The notes beneath the pieces are model-generated. The model did not search any database, was not told where the DNA came from, and saw only the letters and a program-made list of their open reading frames with translations. 20,000 bases of DNA from Vicugna vicugna (Eukaryota), in assembly GCA_013265495.1 (NCBI GenBank), contig MU058065.1, positions 5,491,124 to 5,511,123 on the forward strand, read 5' to 3'. Positions 12,310 through 20,000 of the stretch are shown here, piece by piece. A program made the translations under genes and the position numbers. Every line of letters starts with the position of its first letter. Position 1 is the first letter of the stretch.

Positions 12310-12979
12310 GAAAGAAAAGATACATGCCCACCAATGTTCATAGTAGCACTATTTACAAAACATGGAAGCAATCTAAATGTCCATTGACAGATGACTGGAT
12401 ACAGAAGATGTGATATATATAGATATAGATATAGATATAGATATAGATATAGATAGATACACACACACACACACACACACACGCACGCACGCACAATGGA
12501 ATACTACTTAGCCATAAAAAAGAAAAAATAATGCCACTGCAGCAACATGGATGGACCTGGAGACTGTAATACTAGGTGAAGTAACTCAGAAGATGAAAGA
12601 AAAATACCATACAATATCACATATATGTGGAATCTTAAAAATGACACAAATGAATTTATTTACAAAACAGACACACAGACATAGAAAACAAACTTATGTT
12701 TACTGGGAGGAAAGGGATAGGGGATGGAGGGATAAACTGGGAGCTCAGGATTTGCAGATACTAACTACTATATGTAAAACAGATAAACAAGAGGTCCTAT
12801 ATATAGCACAGGGAACTATATTCAATAATTTGCAATAGCCTATAATGAAAAAGAATATATATGTATTATTATATATTATATGTATTATATATATATTATA
12901 TATATAGATAACTGAATCACTATGATGAACATCAGAAATTAACACAACATTGTAAACTGGCTATACTTCAATTAAAAAA
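12310..12979 (+). mobile_element. 5'-truncated LINE-1 copy B (ORF2 end plus 3' UTR)
   Basis: Repeats the region starting aaaagatacatgc (also at about 11663); ORF 12551 begins MDLETVILGEVTQK; ends ctatacttcaattaaaaaaa. The 3' UTR differs from copy A (ataactgaatcactatg vs atgactgggacattatg). Confidence 0.95.
12413..12494. repeat. Compound microsatellite (ATAGAT)n-(AC)n-(GCAC)n inside L1 copy B
   Basis: atatatatagatatagatatagat...agatacacacacacac...acgcacgcacgcac seen directly. Confidence 0.97.
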
Positions 12980-13154
12980 AGAAGTTAGTGGCTTGAAGAA
13001 GCCTTCTGTAGAGCAGAGACAACTATGTCTGGTTTCCAAGGGGCAGTGGCAAAGTGGTATTGGCAATGAACCAGGTCTGTGGATGACTTTGAATATCATT
13101 TCTGGCTATGTGGCCTTCCAGCCAGGTCTCCTGACCCTCCTAAGACTCTCTGAG

Positions 13155-13650
13155 CTATCTGAGTTCCCTCAGAAGCAGAGCCTTTGACAACAATTTGGGT
13201 GCAAGCAGTTCGTTGGGAGATGATCTCAGGAATCAAGAGTGAAGGAAAGAGGAGAATAAGACAGAAAAGGAGGAAAAGTTAGTAAGTGTAAATAACTGGG
13301 GCTCCATCCTACCGGGGAATACACTGAGGAATTGTGCATAATACAATGCAAAATTAGCTCTCTCTCCAAAGTATGGGTGTCTGAGGCATCCATCCTCTGG
13401 CTTCCAGCCCCCATTCATTGAGGTTTGCACCTGGAAGCACTGCCTCCCCCATGCTCCTGGGCTGTCCTATGTAAGAGCTGGTTAAACTGTGTGCTTCAGA
13501 AGAAGCCCTGAATCAAAAAGGAGGATGGAAACAGAGACTTGAGGTGGGATGCAATCTGGGTGCAGTGGAACCAACCACTACAGCCCTAGCTGGGACCAAA
13601 AGTGGTCCAAGAGGATGAGACATGAGCACAGAAAGCTCAACACAGTTGTG
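13155..13650 (-). mobile_element. Old ERVL-class LTR, subfamily uncertain
   Basis: gagttccctcagaagcagagcctttgacaacaatttgggtgcaagcagttcgttgggagatgatctcagga resembles the reverse-strand 3' end of old ERVL LTRs (cagaagcagaccctgagacaaggatttgagtgcaagtagtttatttgggag, from memory). Right boundary uncertain. Confidence 0.6.
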
Positions 13651-13654
13651 TTGC

Positions 13655-13843
13655 AGATGCTGGTAACTATTTGACAACTGGTTCCCCAGGGGCTCTGAAT
13701 TGTACTGTTTGCTAACTCGCATGGTGTAAATCCTCCAACCATGTCTGATTTCCAGCTATCAACGTGACAACGACCAGCTCACAAAGTTCCTGAAAATTTA
13801 ACTAGCCCCTAAGAACCAGTATGAGCTGGCTCTGGCTCACCCT
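13655..13843. mobile_element. MER63-like hAT-Blackjack MITE
   Basis: tgctggtaactatttgacaactgg...ggtgtaaatcctccaaccatg...gctatcaacgtgac...aaaatttaac...gagctggctctggctcacc follows the recalled MER63 consensus. Confidence 0.75.
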
Positions 13844-15129
13844 TTCTTAAGATCTTTTAAGAAAGTCCTCTTCTGCTCAAACTGACTTAAGGTTTTCAAC
13901 TAAAAACCTAAGCAACTAAAATCAGCCACAAGAGGGAAGATTATGTAGGTTGGGGATTAGGAACTGAGCAAAGACTAAGGCCTGGCACCACAGATATGTC
14001 TTCTGGCCTCTTTTTTTTCCTCACCAAAATGACATGAAGCCCTCTGCCACATCTCAGAACATAATGCCTAATCCCCAAACTAAGGAAGGAAGATGGCCAA
14101 GGGATATCACTGCAGTCTAGGGAAGAATTTTGAGCGGAAGGGCTAGGCAGACATTAACAGAAACTCTTCCAATAATAAACTGTGTTCAGTGTCAAGAAAT
14201 TCTTCTTTCCCTGAAAATCAAGTCCCCCATGAAGAGGTTTAAATGTTTTTGCACCAGTTTTATTCTTAGCGGAGATACAGCAATTATCCAACCTTCTGTA
14301 GAGTAACCTTTTGCATACTTGAAGGCTTTTCTTCTCTGGAGGAAACAGTCCACATTAGGTTGGATTTTTTGTCAGAAATTCAATTTTCTGATGCTTTAGC
14401 TTTCTCTGGGGCATTCTTTCTAACCTTGTCCAAGTTCTACATGTCCTTATTAGCTGCAGAACCCAGACCTGGGTCCAGGCTTCTTGCTGAGTTTTGATTG
14501 CAGAGAAAACAGGGGGGAAATGGGGGGGTCTCTTAGGATCTGTGCATTCTATGGTTGTTTATAGATTTCATCATGCTCAGTTCTCTTTCCAATCCAGCCA
14601 ATAGCCAATATGGGGCAAGGAGACAACTGTAGGAACAGAAGCAGTCACCTTTCTGATTGTGTCTCCCCTTTACAGATAAAGCAGAAGGCCTCCTGAGCAG
14701 GAATGACAGCCTGATCACTTCTTATACCTCCCCAGTGGAAGTCCTTGCTTTTCACAGACCGCCCTACTACCACAAGGGCACACCCCAAATTCTAACTGCA
14801 TCAAGCACCAGGACACTGGAATGAAAGTTACACCCAAGTGACAGGATTTAGTGAATCTTTGAAAGGACACTATACTCAAGAACAGATCACAAAAGTCAAC
14901 CTCTCACTAATTCGTGGATGCCCACATTCAGACCCAAGCTATGGTCTAAAACAGCACCATCCAACAGAAATATAATACAAGCCACAAACATAAGTCCAGA
15001 TGTAATTTCACACTTTTTAGTAGCCACAGTGTAAAAACAGGGGGAAAGAGGTAAAATTAATTTTGGTAATAATTTTATTTAGTCCAATATATGCAAAATA
15101 CTATCATTTTGACATATGATCAATATTTT

Positions 15130-15661
15130 TTTTTTCATTCTGACTTTTTTTTATTTTTTTAATGGAAGTATAGTTTTTTTTTAATTATTTTATGGGGGGG
15201 GGGCTTGTGGATAATTAGGTTGATTTATTTATTTTTAGAGAAGGTGCTAGGGATTGAACCCAGGACCTTGTGCATGCTAAGTACGCACTCTACCACTTGA
15301 GCTATACCCTCCCCACAAAGTATAGTTGATTTACAATGTTGTGTCAGCTTCTGGTGTACAGCGTAGTGTTTCAGTTATATATACACATATATATTCCTTT
15401 TCCTATCCTTTTTCATTATAGGCTATTATAAGATATTGAATATAGTTCCCTGTGCTATACAGTAAGACTTTGTTGTTTATCTATTTTATATATAGTAGTT
15501 AGTATCTGCAAATCCCCAACTCCTATTTTATCCCATCCACCCTCCCTTTCTCCTTTGGCAACCATAAGTTTGCTTTCTATGTCTGTGAGTCTTTGTTTTG
15601 TAAGTAAGTTAAAATGTGTCATTAGATTCTACATATAAGTGATATCACATGGATTTTTGCA
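15130..15661 (-). mobile_element. Short 5'-truncated LINE-1 3' UTR with 11-bp TSD, interrupted by a SINE
   Basis: aagtatagttgatttacaatgttgtgtcag...ttagattctacatataagtgatatca is the reverse-strand L1 3' end, with a T-rich tail at 15130-15160. ATCAATATTTT is duplicated at 15119-15129 and 15662-15672. Confidence 0.93.
15176..15314 (-). mobile_element. tRNA-derived SINE (camelid Vic-1-like) with 10-bp TSD
   Basis: The minus strand reads GGGGAGGGTATAGCTCAAGTGGTAGAGTGCGTACTTAGCATGCACAAGGTCCTGGGTTCAATCCCTAGCACC, then AAATAAATAAATCAACCTAATTA, a C-run and an A tail. Pol III A box TAGCTCAAGTGG and B box GGTTCAATCC are present. AAGTATAGTT is duplicated at 15166-15175 and 15318-15327. Confidence 0.93.
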
Positions 15662-15818
15662 ATCAATATTTTAGAATTACTAATGAGGTATTAGACATTC
15701 TTTATTCATACTATGTCTTGAAAATCTAGTGTGCATTTACACACAAAACACATCTCAGTTCAGACAAGCCACAGTTCAGGCACCAGTGGCCACCATTCGG
15801 AAGAGCTCAGGTTTATGC

Positions 15819-15996
15819 TCTTGATTCCCAAAGTGTGGTCCCCAGACCAGTAGCATCAGCATCTGGAAACTTGTTAGAAATGCACATTTTCAGACCCCAC
15901 CCCACCTAGTCAGAAACTCAGGGTGACGTCCAGTAATTTATTTTTTACAAAGCCCTCCAGGTGAGTCTGAAGTTTGCTATTGTTTGAGAACCATTG
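15819..15996 (+). mobile_element. MER5A hAT-Charlie MITE
   Basis: caaagtgtggtccccagaccagtagcatcagcatc...cttgttagaaatgca...tcagaaactc...aagccctccaggtga...tttgagaaccattg is near full length against the recalled consensus. Confidence 0.93.
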
Positions 15997-16316
15997 GTCT
16001 ACATGCTGCCAAATCAGAAACGCTCAACCTGCTTTTAATTCATACTACCACCAATGTCTAATGGGGGGTATAAATGTTTGAAAAACGAACTCTCCCTGTT
16101 TTCCTTTGCTAGGGAGCCTAAAATAGCAAATTTGGTTCCAATGAGATATGGTTTTTATTTTTATTTTCATGCCAATTAAACGAGTTTTCCATTGGTGTGC
16201 TCCTTTTTCAAATAATCCATTTTATCCTTCTTTCCCCCTCGTCTTTGGCTTTGAATCCTTCACCTTCTTGTTTTTTTACAGTAACCACAACCACACCTAC
16301 CTTCTCATAGATATCT

Positions 16317-16488
16317 AGGGTTGACAGATTTAACAGATAAAAATACAAGATGCCCAGCTAAATCTGAATTTCAAATAAATGAAATATTTCCCAGAAATTG
16401 CAAAGGACATACTTGTACTAGAAACTATTTGTTGTTTATTTGGAATTCAGATTTAACTGGGCCTCTTGTATTTTATCAGGGAAATCTG
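16317..16488. mobile_element. MER53 palindromic hAT MITE
   Basis: agggttgacagatt...ataaaaatacaagatgcccagctaaatctgaatttc and its inverted partner gaattcagatttaactgggcctcttgtattttatc. Confidence 0.9.
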
Positions 16489-18182
16489 TTCATATCCCAC
16501 CCCCAACATCCTTCTGATTCCAAATTCCTCCAATGACCAGGCTGTGAAGTCCCCTGGGTCACCTAGAGAAATAGTACCAACTCCGAACTACGGGCTTATG
16601 GTCTCACTCCCCAACAAAAAATAATTCTAGATAAAACCAGTCACCCCAATGTATTCTTTGGCTTTCCAAAGATGGGTCCTTTGGCTTCCAGTGAATGCCA
16701 GCTGCCTCTCAGGATCAAGCTCTCATTTAAAAAAAAAAATCAAATCAAACAAAAAGCTCACTGTCAGTCAATCAGAGCCGTACAAATGCACCCACTTAGC
16801 TCTCAGCTCAAATTGGGCCTCCAGATTTGTGCTATTGAAAAGGAAATTGGCCTCACTTGCTTCGAAACAGCCCCAAAGTGGGGAAATTAATACAGAAAAT
16901 GCCAAGTCATAATGAAATCTGGCAACCGTAGTGGGTTGTGTGGCATCACCCAATTACGACAAAAAAAGACACCACTGGGAGGAGAAGCCAGTCTGGACAC
17001 CGAGCAAAATTAGGACCCCACATAGTAATTACCAGCGGAGAGAGGAAATTTATTAGGATGTTATAAAAATTGGAGAGTTGGATGAGTGCAGACACCAACA
17101 AACGCCCAGGATGGATACTCCACATGGCTTCAAAATAAATGTTCTCAATACATGCCAGACTCTGAGCTCCGCCTGTGACAAAGCCCTCAGAGAGCCAGAT
17201 TTGGGCTTTTCTACCACCTCTTCCCTGGGCCCATTGCAGTCCAGCTAGAAACCCTCATGTTTCACGAACGGACGCATGACTGGAGGGAGGAGGTTTTCTT
17301 CCCTTTCACTGACTTGGTTCTTTCTCTTCCTCAGTCCAGTAGACTCTAGGGAGACACAGCCAGGATGGAACCAGAAACAACATCCCAAAGACCTTAACCT
17401 TGCCTGGTAAACCAGGATAACACCAAGACCCTGCGGTGGGAGAGAACTTAGGGGTGGGCATGAGGGAGACAGGGAGGAATGGCATGGAGACCAGACAGAG
17501 GAGACACTCAGACGCTCATCCAAGAGAAACCCACATGAACTGAAAACTCAACTGATGGCGAAAGTAAAGAGATGTCGTACCCCACATCCTGGACCCCACA
17601 TGGGCTCATAATCAGATAACACTGTTTTATTTCCCCCTGCAATTTCTTCCACGCTTGAGGGAGCATAATATAGAGCTGCAAATGAATAAAAAGGGCTATG
17701 AAACCTGATTATTTCCATTCATAGTTTCATCTTGGAGTTATCTTTCAGATGATTGGTGCAGATTTCAGCCTAATATTAAGAGAAAAGTGATTGTGTATAC
17801 TTCTCTTGTTAAAAGTAGAAGAGTTCATTGGATTTTTCATAGAAAAACACAGTAAGGCACAAATAAAGGTTAAATATAAACTGAGTAAAAATATGTTTAT
17901 ACCATCACGTCACCTGATTTCCAGTGGGCAACAGAAAATAAAATAAAGATACAGCATGAATATGGGTCTTATACAGATGATGTAACAGGAAAGAAAAGAG
18001 TTATTTTATAAGCAGAGTGCATTTTGAGCCAGTAAACTGAAGAGGAAGACAGCATTCCTCTTAGAAAACTTTTCTTTTGGTTCAAAAAAAATACTAAAAT
18101 ATTTGATTATGGAAGATGAGACCCCCGGAAAGATTTAGACAAAGAGAAGATAAACTGTCTTGGCTAGGTAAGTAATAGATAT

Positions 18183-18204
18183 GGGGGGGGGGGAGGGGGG
18201 GGGG
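18183..18204 (+). repeat. Poly-G tract G11-A-G10
   Basis: Seen directly. Confidence 0.95.
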
Positions 18205-18811
18205 TTATCAGTGGCTGCTTACTGGTAACTGAAGGAAGAGGCCTGGGGAACATGAAAGGAGAAATAAGTTATGGGGGGGAGGGTACTGAATGAGAGAGCC
18301 TGCGGACCTAAGAAGGAAGGTTAGAAAGAAATCTCCATGATGGAAAAAGCCAAGAAATTTGAGGATGGGGGTGTGCAACATTCAATAAAACATCTAGTCC
18401 TGCAATGTGATCCCAGACCTTTGGTAATATCTGCTGTGGACAAGATCCTTGGGTGGGAGGAACCGTGTGACTAGGAATAGGGGCTTCATGCTATGTTCAA
18501 GATGATATAGAGCAGGAGAAGAAAGAGATTCGGGAAACAAGACATGCCTGCGAGCAAGAATTTCAGCTGGAACCAGAAATCAGAGTGAGAGGCAACCACA
18601 AGAACATAAGCCCTTAAGGAGTTTGAAAAAAAAAAAAAAATCCCGGGTAGAGCTTCGGACTTCCAGCAGGACCTGGGATGAAGGCTTGAAACAATGGTTT
18701 GGTTTTTTACTATTTTAGATAAAGCTAATCCTGAAACCAAGAGACAGCTGACCTATACCTCCAGAATTGAAACAACTATTGGAAGGAAAGAAATAAGGAA
18801 GGAAGAAGAGG

Positions 18812-18822
18812 CAAGATGGCGG
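18812..18822 (+). promoter_or_regulatory. YY1 binding motif at the L1 5' end
   Basis: CAAGATGGCGG matches the YY1 consensus, at the position where L1 promoters carry it. Confidence 0.8.
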
Positions 18823-18866
18823 AGTAGAAAGACGCTTGTAAGTCACCCTCTCCCACAAATACACCA

Positions 18867-18902
18867 AGACCCACATCTACAGACCCACATCTACAGACCC
18901 AC
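18867..18902 (+). repeat. 14-bp tandem duplication (AGACCCACATCTAC x2.6)
   Basis: Units at 18867-18880, 18881-18894 and partial 18895-18902. Confidence 0.95.
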
Positions 18903-19666
18903 TCAGCCAACCAGAGCACCTGCGGAACTCCGACAGATCATCGCCCTCTTCAAAAGATAAAGACGCCAAAAATCTGGTAGGAAAAAAGAAAGAACAAAAG
19001 GCAAAGCAGCACGGGAAGGGTCCCGCGGGGAGGGAGCGGCAAAGGAGGACTGGCGCTCCCTCGCTTGGTCTCCCCTCTCCAACTGAGAGGCCAGCAGGAC
19101 GGAGAGGGAGCCTCCGAGGCTCGGATCTGTACAGAGCAGCCCTTGTCTGACAGAATTAAGTTAAACGGGCACAGAGCGTCCCCACGACACCCAGCCTGAG
19201 ACGCAGGCCGGCAGCGGTGGGCAGGGCCAGGCTGCACAAGCCAGGCGGAGGACGGGGGCGGCTGCACGGAGGCAGCTCCGGGGGACTGCGAGGGGCTGGG
19301 CGCCGTGGCTGTGGGTGTACAGGACAGAACAACCTGGGCCCTCCATAAAACAGCAAGGTTGATGTGCTCTCGGGGGAAGGGTGCACACCCCCATCTCTGA
19401 AAACCCGCGGAAACTTTTCAGGGGAAGAGAAGCGGGGCCCAGGCAGAGCCGCCATATTCTCCGGCGCTTGGCACCCAGGCGGGGGCAGGGGCGAAACCTG
19501 CATCCGCACGGAAGGGCTTGGCAGCCTCAGGGCCCAGACTGGGACGGGCCTGCAGCCTGGGGCAGATAGGACCCTTCCATCCTGGTCCCTCAGAGAGCTT
19601 GCTCCACGGAGACGGACAGGGAGCTGGGTCTTGGCTCGCAGCAGGGACGAGGCTGCCCGCGGAGGG

Positions 19667-19819
19667 CGACCAGGGCGGAGCACCGACCAGGGCGGAGCAC
19701 CGACCAGGGCGGAGCACCGACCAGGGCGGAGCACCGACCAGGGCGGAGCACCGACCAGGGCGGAGCACCGACCAGGGCGGAGCACCGACCAGGGCGGAGC
19801 ACCGACCAGGGCGGAGCAC
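19667..19819 (+). repeat. 17-bp minisatellite CGACCAGGGCGGAGCAC, 9 identical copies, truncated by a gap
   Basis: 153 bp = 9 x 17 with no mismatches; each unit has a GGGCGG GC box. Confidence 0.98.
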
Positions 19820-19860
19820 NNNNNNNNNNNNNNNNNNNNNNNNNNNNNNNNNNNNNNNNN
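19820..19860. other. Assembly gap (41 N)
   Basis: Run of n. Confidence 1.
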
Positions 19861-20000
19861 ACTCCCTTAAACTTCTTAATTCATTTCTATTTCTCTTGGG
19901 TTTTGCTGGCCTGTTATTGATTAGACACAGGCTTCAAACACATATATTCATCTCCCCACCCCCTTTTTTTTTTCTTTTTTTTTTTTTCTTTTTTTTAAAT

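Larger units (their letters stand above)
14952..15810. mobile_element. MER33 hAT-Charlie MITE, interrupted by an L1
   Basis: The left half 14952-15129 (tccaacagaaatataatacaagccaca...tagtagccaca...aaattaatttt) and right half 15662-15810 (taatgag...gaaaatctagtgtg...cacatctcagttcagacaagccaca...agtggccaccattcgga) are collinear with MER33. Confidence 0.88.
18808..20000 (+). mobile_element. 5' UTR / internal promoter of a young, probably full-length LINE-1 (continues past the window)
   Basis: Abrupt switch from an A/G-rich flank to CpG-rich sequence beginning gaggCAAGATGGCGGagtag, the typical mammalian L1 5' terminus. About 1 kb is GC-rich with unmutated CpGs; pyrimidine/T-rich sequence follows the gap, as in the distal 5' UTR of many laurasiatherian L1s. 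ORF1 is not visible in the window. Confidence 0.82.

Noticed and set aside
15240..15314. tRNA gene
   Set aside because: The tRNA-like head is followed by a SINE body and A tail and is flanked by a TSD; the acceptor stem does not pair like a real tRNA.
19667..19819. CRISPR-like array
   Set aside because: Units are head-to-tail with no spacers, there are no cas genes, and the context is mammalian.
19156..19870. Overlapping ORFs on both strands with 17-aa repeats (possible L1 ORF0-like or repeat protein)
   Set aside because: The 17-bp unit has no stop in any frame and the region is GC-rich, so long frames are expected; the 17-aa period is simply three units.

Overview
Mammalian non-coding DNA (intronic or intergenic), most likely from a camelid (alpaca/camel). 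The lineage call rests on a tRNA-derived SINE matching my recollection of camelid Vic-1 and on cetartiodactyl-type L1 3' UTRs. I found no credible protein-coding exon or RNA gene; the supplied ORFs are decayed L1 ORF2 C-termini, antisense L1, microsatellite translations or chance frames. About half of the window is transposable elements: MIRs, MaLR/ERVL solo LTRs, hAT MITEs (MER33, MER5A, MER53, MER63), four L1 3' fragments, one SINE, and the CpG-rich 5' end of an apparently young L1 running into an assembly gap. I did not find a novel biological system. The most notable structures are (i) two tandem L1 3' ends inside one 17-bp target-site duplication (TSD), (ii) an L1 promoter with a perfect 9 x 17-bp GC-box array, (iii) two nested insertion stacks, and (iv) a MER53 hairpin. 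Family names come from recalled consensus sequences, not from a search; boundaries without TSDs are approximate.
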